Shown: positions 51,696 to 64,000 of the stretch, one piece after another
How positions within the stretch are numbered: position 1 is the stretch's first letter
How the letters are laid out: the number at the start of each line of letters is the position of its first letter
NCBI GenBank assembly: GCA_965235115.1
Contig: OZ249436.1
Coordinates: 1,428,001 to 1,492,000 of the forward strand
Length of the DNA stretch: 64,000 nt
Direction of reading: 5' to 3'
Source: Laetmonice hystrix
Lineage: Eukaryota
Notes under the pieces: generated by a model
Seen by the model: the letters and a program-made list of their open reading frames with translations, nothing else
Databases searched by the model: none
Told to the model about the DNA's origin: nothing
Made by a program: the position numbers and the translations under genes

Positions 51696-53644
51696 GTGCT
51701 CATCTACAAGAAAAAAAAGTGTCATGAGGTAGGTCTAAGGATCATGGACCAATCGAATAAATAACTGAGAGGCCTAGCTAATTGAGAGATTTTTCTGACA
51801 TCCTATAATGGTATTATTTTGTCGAGTAGGCTACCATGTTACTAGGCCTACTTTCATAGATAGCTTTTTGTTTTGGACAAACCATTCATCTCTCAGCCTT
51901 CCATTCCGTTTCTCACGTGACTTCCGGTAGCAATGTAAAGATATTTGCAATCCCGTGTTTATTATTTGTCGCTAGACCCCCAAACGTTGTTTCCAGGAAA
52001 GTATGATATCTTAAAAATTGTTCTAATAGATGCATTGGGGAGGGTGTAGGAGAAGTGTAAGAACCGTGTGTATGCATTCTATCCGCCCCGCTCAGTCTGG
52101 GCTGATGATGTTGGCTACCTCTTTTTATATAAATAGTCATGAACTATAGCAGTCACCCCCTCAGTGTATTACACAGGGTATCACTCTTGTCATCTAAAAG
52201 TTACATTAAGTTAACGTTGGTGTAAAACAAACGTTGATACAGGTCTATTATTGTAGATACAATCTTAGTATCATTTAGATTTATATTGTAACACTTCAAG
52301 ACTTAAATTATTATTTGATAAAAAATAATAAAATATACTTACGGTCAGCCATGGGACCTTGGTTTATAAATTCAGATGAGCCTGTAGAATAAATCGTTCA
52401 GAAGGTGGAATAAGTCATTCAGAAGATGGAATAAGACACGTATAGTAGACACTGCGTGTTGTAAGTTACTTCACATTCGTTAAATTCGTTTTATTTATAA
52501 TCGGAAAGTGTTCGAAGCAGAAAACTTAAAGGATAATAAAACATAGAAAGTTCTCGAATGTTGGTGGTTCTTGAAGCGCTAATACTTATTCCGCAAACTA
52601 GCGAACGTTTGCAAAATATCACAAGAAACTTTATAGATAAGTCGCCAAGTTCTCTATTTCAATGAATACATTATGCAAACTATATTCATGTGGCAAGACG
52701 TGCACAGAACTGTAGAATTGTGATACAAAATGATAAGAATAAAAACTGTATAGGGCCTACGTACATTCAAACATCTTGCCCTGTTTTCTGTCGGTCGTGG
52801 TATCTCCAGGGAAAAGTGGGGCAAACACTTCCTTGTTTACCGTAGATTTCTGCTGATACTCCAGCTGGAGTTAACGTTGGAAACTCGCACAAACCAGGTA
52901 AACTCTACCTGCCAGCACCTGTCGTCCTAATACACCGTACGCCTCCTGTACCTCGACGATATCCGGCCCAATGTGTAGATATACTCGCGGTATATAGCTA
53001 GAGTGGACTGCAGTATGTCCTACACCCCACGGAGTCCTTCAGCTAACTGTGTGCCACAGGCCGAAAGGACGAGAACTTATCTAACCGGCTCAAGGCCGCT
53101 AGCCACCTCAGACCCTGGAGGGGTGTGGGCCAGTGTACGAAACTCGAGTCACCCTCCCGCAGATTCTGCGCCACACAATTATTTCACCATACTCTTGACT
53201 CAGTCGGGATTCTGCGAATGTATAGGGTTCGCTGCACGGATGTTTGGTTGTTTGCTCATTTCCACAGCAAGCTAGGAGTCATTGCCTCATGGGGTGCTGA
53301 TTCACCAGGGGATAACACATCTTAAAATTACCTGCATCGCCCTAAAGACCGACAGAGCGGTGACTATAGAGAAAATACAAGCATTGCAGAAAAACTGTAT
53401 ACCTGGCGCACATTTCGATGCCTATGACGATCAGTCGTTTTTGAAATGAGTAATATGCCTAAGATTGTGTATAAATTATGTAGAATAGAGCATATTAAAG
53501 GAAAGGTTAAACACGATAATGATAGTCATCTTAGGTATAGATACCCTAAATTATACGCATAGGGGCCTAAATATCATCCTTCTTTTGTGACTATAGGCGA
53601 AAAATTAAACCAAACCGGGTAATTAGACGACTGTTCAGTTCAGT

Positions 53645-54531
53645 AATTAATGGCAGCATTCTATATAGATCTAGACTCCAAGTAACACAGACTCCCCATC
53701 TATAGGCGTACAAATTGTGTTTTAACAATGCCAATTTCAGAATCTGTTGTTGACCTTCACTTTAAACTTCACACAACCAACAAACTAAAAACGACTCTCT
53801 TTTACCAGCAATTAAATAGTCAAACTATAGCAAAAGCCCAAATTTTTCCGTCATTTGTAAAAGAAATTGACGTCAAATGTAAAAACAGAAACTTACGTCG
53901 TTTGTAAACACAATCGACATCATAATATAAAAACGACGTCATTTTGTAAACACAATCGACGTCATAATGTAGAACTACGTCATTTGTAAACACAATCGAC
54001 GTCATAATGTAAAAACTACGTCATTTGTAAACACAATCGACGTCATAATGTAAAAATTACATAAAATGTAACAGTTCCGCTATGTAGGCCTATAAAACAC
54101 AATAACATCAAACGTGAAAAAATCCGATCGTCTTGTTCAGTGAAATTATCCGATTTTCCCCGCAAATTTCTCAAGGAAACATAAAGAAATAATTAATGGC
54201 AGCATTCTATATAGACTCCAAGTAACACAGACTCCCCCTCTATAGGCGTACAAATTGTGAATGCCACACAACCAACAGAATAAAAACGACTCTCTTTTAG
54301 GCCTACCAGCAAATAAATAGTCAAACTATAGCAAAAGCCCAAATTTTCCCGTCATTTGTAAAAGAAAGTGACTTCAAATGTAAAAACAGAAACTTGCGTC
54401 ATTTGTAAACACAATTGACGTCATAATGTACAACGACGTCATTTGTCGACGTCATAATGTAAAAACTACATAAAATGTAACAGGTCCACTATATGTAGGC
54501 CTATAAAACAAAATAACATCAAATGTGAAAA
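53645..54531. repeat. About 545-bp direct duplication with internal 40-bp subrepeats
   Basis: taattaatggcagcattctatatag at about 53645 and 54190; subrepeat cgtcatttgtaaacacaatcgacgtcataatgtaaaaacta. Confidence 0.8.
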
Positions 54532-55210
54532 ACGTCCACGCCGTTTTAATTAATATTTTTTTAGGCCTAAGCCTAGGCCTGTAGATCTAGGCCTACATTA
54601 TAGCAGACCTGTTATATTTTATGTAATTCTTAGGCCCTACATAGGCCTAATAATGATTAGCCTAGGTCTATGACGTCGATTGCTTTTACAAATGACAGGA
54701 AAATGTTGTTAGGCCTAGCCTATAGATTTCTATTTGACATTGAGATCACGGTTTGCACATGTATGATGACGTCGGTTTTTACATTTCAATTTTCATTTGA
54801 TTTTATGCCTACGTTCATTAAATTGGGGGGGGGGCTGTTATAGGCCTACATTTGAAGTAATTTTTACATTTGCCTCAAGTGGCGGTCACCCATGTTCACA
54901 GTGCTCGCCATGCTCACAGAATTTTTTTCTCCAGGTTGGCAACACTGCCAACAGCTAGGCTATAGGCCTACTAGTAGGCCTACTATGTAGGCGCACAGGC
55001 CCGGGCCGGGGAGGCTGGGCTCATTGTCGCGATTAAGCGCCATCTCGTGACAAGGACTGAAATCCCTGCGTGCGCACCACATCATGCACGACGTGTCGGT
55101 CAGTTACTCGTCTGCAACTGACAAAGCGGTCTGCTAAACCATCGCCGAGCCCAACACTGAACGCTGAGCGGTCGGTCTGCCATCTCGGTTTCGTCTTCAG
55201 TGCCCACACC

Positions 55211-58200
55211 ATGAACATCCTGAATGCTGCTGTAAGTTTCTTGGCGGTACTGACCGCTGCTCTGTCCTCAGTCAGTGGACAGAGCAAGGTTGAGCAGGCT
55301 GAGGATGGGTCATCGGGAACCATCAGTTTCAGCACGCCCGACCTGCACGATGATGAGGCCCACAGTCCATGGATGCCAGACGAACTGCGGTGTGACGCTT
55401 GCACAGCGGTGGCCTACCAGGTAAAAATTTTAATTATTTAGGCCTACGGGTCACAACCTCCTGAGCCGGGAGATCTGAGCATCCGCGCATGAAACAGCTG
55501 TTTGTTCGTGGTGCATGCATAGGCCGCTAACTTGGATGGAAAAGGTAGGGCGGAGGGCTCACCGAGAGCCCGGGGAGAACACGCGACAAGCGCCGGGCGG
55601 ACCTGGGCGATAATATAAGCTAGCGGCCGGTAAGCTGACGCGGCCGGTGTTACCGGGGGAAAGGGGCGTTGCCGCGTAGGACGCGATGGAACCCACTGTG
55701 TATCAAGACTGTATAGGCCTCTTTCAGCGTTTAAATAGATGTAGGCCAAGGGATCTTTTTATGTTATTAGTAAAGTTCCTTGTAAGTTTGGTTGTTAGTT
55801 TTTTGAAACAATTATATAGGCCTATAATCCGCGGTGTAGGCGTTCTACTGAAGTGCAAGATATAGACTTGGAATAATTCAGGTAAACTGGTAGAGGTTGC
55901 CATGGCAACCTGCTAAGGCTGTCACCTGTCTGTACTCATGGTAGAGTACCGTCACAGGATGAGGAGGCCACGTGTCGTGATTTGATTGGTTGCAGTCGAC
56001 TTTTGTGCATGCAAAGGTTTTGTGCAAGTATGAACAAAGTAAGTATTAATAAAGTGGTATATATGCGTACCTGGGAAATATGTACAACAGGGCGTATAGG
56101 CCTGTTTATAAATATCCCAGCAAAGGCACAGTTAACAAGTGTGTGTCACACAGGTCCTAGGCAATGGAAGTTTGTCATATTTTCACCACAATGTCAATTG
56201 AGATGCTGTATTCCCATTTTTTATTCTTTTTTTTTTCAGATGTGGCACAAGTTTTTTGGTTATAATGAGAAAAGGAAGTCGTTGAAGTATAATTTACCCG
56301 AGTCAGATATTATTGATCTCCTAGAGCAGGTGTGCACAACAAGTAAAACATGGGAGGGGTGAGTAATCTTTTCATACCAATCTACATCTACTTCAAGCAA
56401 GATTGTAAAAATACCTCAATGATTTTGTCACAGAAATATTGAAACTTAGGTTTAAGAAAGTGAAAGTCTGAATAGTTCACTTCTAATAGCTAATGTTCAT
56501 GGTGTTATAAGTTGCTGAGCTCTTTATGTGTTCTCTTGTGATCATTTGTAAAGGAGGCTGAAGGTCAAGTTTCAGAGGTCAAGATTGTATAGTCTTTGTT
56601 TGACTTCCTTAAGGCGGTATTTTCACGCCTGTGGGTAAGAAATGTTTGATGTGTAAAATGATCTGCCATATCCAATCACAGATCAGTAACAGTAGTCAGT
56701 CATGTGATGTAGTAATTGTTGTACTTGGTGGAATGAATGGAGTATTGTAACATGATTAGTCTACGATACATTTGTCATCATGTCACAGTCTGGAAAACAC
56801 ATTGAAAACTTCTGAGCTGTGGACCACACATTAATAATATTGTTCCTTTCTGGCAAGTTGCAAATAACCTTCAAAGATGAAAGTATGTAAAAGGTTTTTG
56901 GTAAGAGTTTTTTTAAAGACTAATTATTCTCTCTTGATTTCGCCAGTTACAAACAATCGTTGACACAGGCAACCGTAAAGGTTTTCCTGTAACCTTTCCA
57001 GTGACTTAAAACATTCCCAATGAGATTCGACTGTGTAAAAACAGACAGGTCTATAACCACATGGAGAATATTTATGGAGGCAGTATTTCTGAGTGGGTAG
57101 GGGAGGACAGGGACGCCTGGGACGTGTATTATCAAGTTTATTATCACAGTACACATCTATAATAGTTCAGTTCGTTGTGCTGGATTGACAGCTATGGTCT
57201 GAGTGAGGGAGGGGAGGACAGGGACATGTATTAACAAGTTTATTATCACAGTACACATGTATAACTATAATAGTTCAATTCGTTGTGCTGGATTGACAGC
57301 TATGGTCTGAGTGAGGGAGGGGAGAACAGGGACATGTATTAACAAGTTTATTATCACAGTACACATGTATAACTATAATAGTTCAATTCGTTGTGCTGGA
57401 TTGACAGCTATGGTCTGAAGGAGATGAAACCAACCAAAGAACATCGCCTGGTTGGAGATGGTCTTCCTGACCACCAGATGGCAGGAGTGATCACTGGAGG
57501 TGGTAAATGGCCCGCCAGGTAGCGCTGCAACCGTTAAACGTGTGAGTGTGAGACTGCCAGTGTCAGAGTGTGCCTTCCTCGCTCCATGACCAATGGTAAC
57601 GCAAACCTGGATATCTATAACACACAGATAACTGAAAGGAGAAATTCTTCTTTGTGGGGGGCTGTAGCACCCCCAGTCCCCCTATAGGCCTAGGATACAA
57701 GATGGTAATTTTTTTATACAAAAGCCAACTTTAGGTGGAATGTAAAAATAGCGACTGAGAAGGAGCGAGTGCCTGGAAGGTTTTGGGTAACACCCTGACA
57801 CCTGGTGGACACTCTCCACACTACAAGGTTGAATTGTTTGCGAGCACGTGCACCCAGAATGACTCGGCACGACGCCATACAGACACGTGTGTTTGAAATC
57901 TCGAATATTCTACCCACAAAATAATTTATTACACCACTTATACAAACTCCTGCCTTCCTCGCACAAAATCTGCAGTCATGTTAACACATGCTACGTACAG
58001 TTTTCCAGTGGTTCTTTCAGTAACTAAACCAAGGTATGTAGTTTCCAGACGGTTTGCCGTGTTGGTGAACTTTCTGTCACAGAAAGTAAACCAAAGATGA
58101 ACTGGTAAGGACGTCTAAGATGTCTGTTCATTGTGTTAAACATGTGCAGGCAGCCAGGAAATATCACAATACCAGCAAAGGTGTAAGTCGGAGGTAGCCA

Positions 58201-61200
58201 TGGGGCTTCAGTTTGGTTGTGATAAAGTTAGTTTGCATTTCGTAATGTGTCCTTTCAGCTACGGTATGAAGGAGGTCCAGAAGAAGCACCGACTCTCCGG
58301 GGAAGGTTTACCATCCGCTGACGTACCTGGCATCACTGCGGGTGGGGGACGGTGGCCGGCCAGGTAGGCGGGGTGAGCGGGTCAGAACACCCCCACACCA
58401 CACTGACCCCTGGTGGTGTGGGTGGGGGACGGTGGCCGGCCAGGTAGGCGGGGTGAGCGGGTCAGAACACCCCCACACCACACTGACCCCTGGTGGTGTG
58501 GGTGTGGGTGGGGGACGGTGGCCGGCCAGGTAGGCGGGGTGAGCGGGTCAGAACACCCCCACACCCACACCACACTGACCCCTGGTGGTGTGGGTGGGGG
58601 TGGGGGACGGTGGCCGGCCAGGTAGGCGGGGTGAGCGGGTCAGAACACCCCCACACCCACACCACACTGACCCCTGGTGGTGGGGGTGTGGGTGGGGGAC
58701 GGTGGCCGGCCAGGTAGGCGGGGTGAGCGGGTCAGTACACCCCCACACCACACTGACCCCTGGTGGTGTGGGTGTGGGTGGGGGACGGTGGCCGGCCAGG
58801 TAGGCGGGGTGAGCGGGTCAGTACACCCCCACACCCACACCACACTGACCCCTGGTGGTGTGGGTGGGGGTGGGGGACGGTGGCCGGCCAGGTAGGCGGG
58901 GTGAGCGGGTCAGTACACCCCCACACCACACTGACCCCTGGTGGTGTGGGTGTGGGTGGGGGACGGTGGCCGGCCAGGTAGGCGGGGTGAGCGGGTCAGA
59001 ACACCCCCACACCCACACCACACTGACCCCTGGTGGTGTGGGTGGGGGTGGGGGACGGTGGCCAGCCAGGTAGGCGGGGTGAGCGGGTCAGAACACCCCC
59101 ACACCCACACCACACTGACCCCTGGTGGTGGGGGTGTGGGTGGGGGACGGTGGCCGGCCAGGTAGGCGGGGTGAGCGGGTCAGAACACCCCCACACCCAC
59201 ACCACACTGACCCCTGGTGATGGGGGTGAGGGTGAGGGTGGGGGACGGTGGCCGGCCAGGTAGGCGGGGTGAGCGGGTCAGTACACCCCCACACCCACAC
59301 CACACTGACCCCTGGTGGTGGGGGTGTGGGTGGGGGACGGTGGCCGGCCAGGTAGGCGGGGTGAGCGGGTCAGAACACCCCCACACCCACACCACACTGA
59401 CCCCTGGTGGTGTGGGTGGGGGACGGTGGCCGGCCAGGTAGGCGGGGTGAGCGGGTCAGAACACCCCCACACCCACACCACACTGACCCCTGGTGGTGTG
59501 GGTGGGGGTGGGGGACGGTGGCCGGCCAGGTAGGCGGGGTGAGCGGGTCAGTACACCCCCACACCACACTGACCCCTGGTGGTGTGGGTGTGGGTGGGGG
59601 ACGGTGGCCGGCCAGGTAGGCGGGGTGAGCGGGTCAGAACACCCCCACACCCACACCACACTGACCCCTGGTGGTGTGGGTGGGGGTGGGGGACGGTGGC
59701 CAGCCAGGTAGGCGGGGTGAGCGGGTCAGAACACCCCCACACCCACACCACACTGACCCCTGGTGGTGGGGGTGTGGGTGGGGGACGGTGGCCGGCCAGG
59801 TAGGCGGGGTGAGCGGGTCAGAACACCCCCACACCCACACCACACTGACCCCTGGTGATGGGGGTGAGGGTGAGGGTGGGGGACGGTGGCCGGCCAGGTA
59901 GGCGGGGTGAGCGGGTCAGTACACCCCCACACCCACACCACACTGACCCCTGGTGGTGTGGGTGGGGGACGGTGGCCGGCCAGGTAGGCGGGGTGAGCGG
60001 GTCAGTACACCCCCACACCCACACCACACTGACCCCTGGTGGTGCGGGTGGGGGTGGGGGACGGTGGCCGGCCAGGTAGGCGGGGTGAGCGGGTCAGAAC
60101 ACCCCCACACCCACACCACACTGACCCCTGGTGGTGTGGGTGGGGGACGGTGGCCGGCCAGGTAGGCGGGGTGAGCGGGTCAGTACACCCCCACACCCAC
60201 ACCACACTGACCCCTGGTGGTGCGGGTGGGGGTGGGGGACGGTGGCCGGCCAGGTAGGCGGGGTGAGCGGGTCAGAACACCCCCACACCCACACCACACT
60301 GACCCCTGGTGGTGTGGGTGGGGGACGGTGGCCGGCCAGGTAGGCGGGGTGAGCGGGTCAGTACACCCCCACACCCACACCACACTGACCCCTGGTGGTG
60401 CGGTTGGGGGTGGGGGACGGTGGCCGGCCAGGTAGGCGGGGTGAGCGGGTCAGAACACCCCCACACCCACACCACACTGACCCCTGGTGGTGGGGGTGGG
60501 GGACGGTGGCCGGCCAGGTAGGCGGGGTGAGCGTGTCAGTACACCCCCACACCCACACCACACTGACCCCTGGTGATGGGGGTGAGGGTGGGGGACGGTG
60601 GCCGGCCAGGTAGGCGGGGTGAGCGGGTCAGAACACCCCCACACCCACACCACACCGACCCCAGGTGGTGTGGGTGGGGACGGTGGCCGGCCAGGTAGGC
60701 TCCCGTCATCGGTCTGGTTGGTGGCAAGTGTACACAGGACACGTGGACACACCCCGACTGGTGGTGGTGGGGGTGAACCGGTCAGAATAAACCCACACCC
60801 ACACCCACCAAGTGTCTTTATTATGTCTTCCCCGCCTCCCCTCTCACTGTGTATTACCTTTCAGAAACTCTGAGGAAGTCAAGTCTGCAGTGGTAATTGT
60901 CAGGGAGTCTGGTCAGAAAGAGTTGGGTAAAGTTAGGGTTGTTGATTGCAGGTTTGGAGTGAAGGAGATAGGCGACGTCAAACGCCTCTCTGGTCCACGC
61001 CTGGCCACCCAGCACCACCCTGGCTCCACTCAGAGTGGTGGCCACTGGCCGGCTAGGCACAGCAACTGTCAATACGTGACAGCTGTCAATCATGTCATGT
61101 CAGATGTCCGTCACGTGATACCATTCGTGTGTTTTCGTAATAGGATTTGTTCTGTCATAGGGATTATAGCGCCAAAATATGTGCGATTACGGGTAAATGT

Positions 61201-62145
61201 AGGAGGGGGTCTAACAATTGGACAAAATCCCACAGCCCTCGGGTCTAACAATTGGACAAAATCCCACAGCCCTCCACATACTATTTTAGAATCACATTTT
61301 CATGAAAAACACATTGCTTGTGAATGCTCAATAAAGTGCTACCTTTAATAATACATTACCCCGGTAACAGTAAATATTCTGGTATAATGTTCAAATATTG
61401 ATGTACCGGTACTTATACAAATACAATGTATGTACGCCATCTGTGCACCTTGTGATCTAGAGTACGCTGTGCATGTAGTTTTATTTTCGGAGATGACTTA
61501 GACCAGCGTGGCACCATCGTCATGAGCTGTCAGAGGTGTTCTTCCCCTGATAGCTTTTCAGGAACTGTTAGAGTAGACATCTACTTATTAAACACTCATC
61601 TTTATTTATATGAATTAGGCGTGATTTGTTGTGCCCTGAAATATATTGTTGTCCCATTGTTTGTTTGATACCTTTGCTGCTAAAGTATGCGTAATGTCTA
61701 TTTTAGAAGCAGGATATTTAATGTAATATATTGGTAATAGTATGATACAGTCTTACCAAACAGTTATGATTTTACCAAATGATTTTAGAGGCTTTTAGAG
61801 TCTGAACAATTTTCATGTTATAAAGTTGTTTATATACATGTCTATGTAACATTCCTAAAAGTAAACAAATTTACCAATTGAACCTGCAGTTTTATCAAGT
61901 AAAATTACGATCCATGTAAATGTACAAGACAATCAACGCTTGGGTACGATCAAATGTCAACATATTTTTGCAGACTTCAAGATATGTGCGAGCAGTATAT
62001 CGGAGATCTGGGAGAAGTCGAGATCTACAAATATTTCAAGAAGGCACCCAAGAATCGGCAAAACTTTGAGGACTATTTATGTCATGGTGACGGAATCCGG
62101 GGAGATTGTTTAGGGGCGGATCGCTCCAGGAAGGACGAATTATGA
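55211..62145 (+). CDS. MZB1: MZB1/pERp1-like ER-resident saposin-fold (canopy-related) protein, 4 exons with three exon-3 variants
   Basis: e1 55211-55420 (signal peptide, PDLHDDEAHSPWMPDELRCDACTAVAYQ), e2 56240-56358, e3 (57408-57518, 58259-58363 or 60952-61056), e4 61974-62145 (RLQDMCEQYIGDLGE...LC...C...KDEL). Matches the MZB1 pattern LRCDAC-AVAYQMW / YGV-EV--KRL-G-GL / GG-WP-RL---C--Y-G--GE as I recall it. Confidence 0.88.
57120..57417. repeat. About 109-bp tandem repeat (about 3 units) spanning the MZB1 exon 3a acceptor
   Basis: ttgtgctggattgacag|ctatggtctga occurs three times (about 57190, 57299, 57407); only the last continues into the exon. Confidence 0.88.
57408..57518 (+). CDS. MZB1: MZB1-like alternative exon 3a
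   Basis: gacag|C...GCC AG|gtag, 111 nt, YGLKEMKPTKEHRLVGDGLPDHQMAGVITGGGKWPA(R). Confidence 0.85.
58259..58363 (+). CDS. MZB1: MZB1-like alternative exon 3b
   Basis: cctttcag|C...GCC AG|gtagg, 105 nt, YGMKEVQKKHRLSGEGLPSADVPGITAGGGRWPA(R). Confidence 0.88.
58341..60698. repeat. G/C-rich 80-98-bp minisatellite (about 26-27 units) spanning the exon 3b donor
   Basis: Each unit contains ggtgggggacggtggccggccag|gtagg plus about 60 nt of structured intron-like sequence. Confidence 0.95.
60952..61056 (+). CDS. MZB1: MZB1-like alternative exon 3c (non-canonical GC donor; may be weak or decaying)
   Basis: ttgcag|G...GCT AG|gcacag, 105 nt, FGVKEIGDVKRLSGPRLATQHHPGSTQSGGHWPA(R). Confidence 0.65.
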   Translation, partial: VWSEGDRRRQTPLWSTPGHPAPPWLHSEWWPLAG

Positions 62146-62235
62146 GAGGCAGAAAACGAAGGGGAAAAATGAAGAGAAATATATCATGTAACATCACGGA
62201 TGTCCTGTTTGTAAATACGCATCTTTGTACTGTTT

Positions 62236-62490
62236 CATCACATTCATATGGTAAAATACCTACAGTCTACTGGGTTTACGTGTCAAACGTATCACATTCA
62301 TATGGTAAAATACCTACAGTCTACTGGATTTACGTGTCAAACGTATCACATTCATATGGTAAAATACCTACAGTCTACTGGGTTTACGTGTCAAACGTAT
62401 CACATTCATATGGAAAAATACCTACATTCTACTGGGTTTACGTGTCAAACGTATCACATTCATATGGTAAAACACCTACGTGTCAAAACG
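62236..62490. repeat. 63-bp tandem repeat (4 units) in the MZB1 3' region
   Basis: Unit atcacattcatatggtaaaatacctacagtctactgggtttacgtgtcaaacgt. Confidence 0.9.
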
Positions 62491-62572
62491 AAATGTCAGA
62501 AAATTTGTAACAAATCCGGCCTTCACAGGTGGTCGTGAAATTTGACATCTAGTCATCCAAATGGGCAAGCCG

Positions 62573-64000
62573 GCTGAGACAGAGACTCTTACCAGCAGCA
62601 GACAATAAACCATGGCAGGGTGTATACAAATTTATAATAGAAGGGTGAGGTAGGGCTGAGACAGAGTCACTCTAACCAGCATACAATAAACCATGGCAGG
62701 GTGTATACAAATTTATAATAGAAGGGCGAGGTAGGGCTGAGACAGAGTCACTCTAACCAGCATACAATAAACCATAGCAGGGTGTATACAAATTTATAGC
62801 AGGTCGAGGTAGGGCTGAGACAGACTCTAACCAGCATACAATAAACCATGGCAGGGTGTATACAATAGAAGGGCGAGGTAGGGCTGAGACAGAGTCACTC
62901 TAACCAGCATACAATAAACCATGGCAGGGTGTATACAATAGAAGGTCGAGGTAGGGATGAGACAGAGTCACTCTAACCAGCATACAATAAACCATGGCAG
63001 GGTGTATACAATAGAAGGGTGAGGTAGGGCTGAGACAGAGTCACTCTAACCAGCATACAATAAACCATGGCAGGTTGTATACAATAGAAGGGTGAGGTAG
63101 GGCTGAGACAGAGTCACTCTAACCAGCATACAATAAACCATGGCAGGGTGTATACAATAGAAGGGCGAGGTAGGGCTGAGACAGAGTCACTCTAACCAGC
63201 ATACAATAAACCATGGCAGGGTGTATACAATAGAAGGGCGAGGTAGGGCTGAGACAGAGTCACTCTAACCAGCATACAATAAACCATGACAAGTTGTATA
63301 CAATAGAAGGGTGAGGTAGGGCTGAGACAGAGTCACTCTAACCACCAGCATACAATAAACCATGGCAAGGTGTATACAAATTTATAATAGAAGGGTGAGG
63401 TAGGGCTGAGACAGAGTCACTCTAACCAGCATACAATAAACCATGGCAAGGTGTATACAATAGAAGGGTGAGGTAGGGCTGAGACAGAGTCACTCTAACC
63501 AGCATACAATAAACCATGGCAAGTTGTATACAATAGAAGGTCGAGGTAGGGCTGAGACAGAGTCACTCTAACCAGCATACAATAAACCATGGCAGGGTGT
63601 ATACAAATTTATAATAGAAGGGTGAGGTAGGGCTGAGACAGAGTCACTCTAACCAGCATACAATAAACCATGGCAGGGTGTATACAAATTTATAATAGAA
63701 GGGTGAGGTAGGGCTGAGACAGAGTCACTCTAACCAGCATACAATAAACCATGGCAGGGTGTATACAAATTTATAATAGAAGGGCGAGGTAGGGCTGAGA
63801 CAGATTCACTCTAACCACCAGCATACAATAAACCATGGCAGGTTGTAGACAAATTTATAATAGAAGGGTGAGGTAGGGCTGAGACAGAGTCACTCTAACC
63901 ACCAGCATACAATAAACCATGGCAGGGTGTATACAAATTTATAATAGAAGGGTGAGGTAGGGCTGAGACAGAGTCACTTTAACCACCAGCATACAATAAA
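62573..64000. repeat. About 70-81-bp minisatellite running off the window end
   Basis: Unit gggctgagacagagtcactctaaccagcatacaataaaccatggcagggtgtatacaa(atttataa)tagaagggtgaggta. Confidence 0.95.

Noticed and set aside
54560..55000. Cluster of taggccta palindromes upstream of MZB1
   Set aside because: The motif is scattered throughout the window; no evidence for a specific function
58342..60752. Dozens of overlapping Gly/Pro/His/Trp-rich ORFs
   Set aside because: Reading frames of the GC-rich minisatellite; only 58259-58363 is exon-like
1558..64000. Regular repeat arrays as CRISPR arrays
   Set aside because: Units are head-to-tail with no unique spacers, no cas genes are present, and the context is eukaryotic

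Overview
Eukaryotic, repeat-rich genomic DNA, most likely from an invertebrate animal (spliceosomal GT-AG introns, CR1/L2-type LINEs, MITEs, many minisatellites). Host genes: a complete 12-exon isovaleryl-CoA dehydrogenase (IVD, minus strand, 12276-25699), an EamA/SLC35-like transporter, a TE-disrupted kelch-repeat gene fragment, two tandem atypical dual-specificity phosphatases, and an MZB1/pERp1-like ER saposin-fold protein (plus strand, 55211-62145). Main discoveries: (1) IVD has three diverged 94-nt copies of exon 8, the exon carrying the catalytic glutamate, which can only be used one at a time. Two intronic selector elements each base-pair with one downstream docker element, which looks like a Dscam/14-3-3zeta-style RNA-pairing switch acting on the active site of a metabolic enzyme. 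(2) The MZB1-like gene has a second cluster of three paralogous exon-3 variants. (3) A young LINE has an ORF1 combining an SGNH-esterase remnant, an IMPACT/YigZ domain and two zinc knuckles, in frame with ORF2 across a single TAG. (4) Minisatellites repeatedly form exactly on splice sites and stop codons. Everything was read by eye; no searches or folding programs were run.
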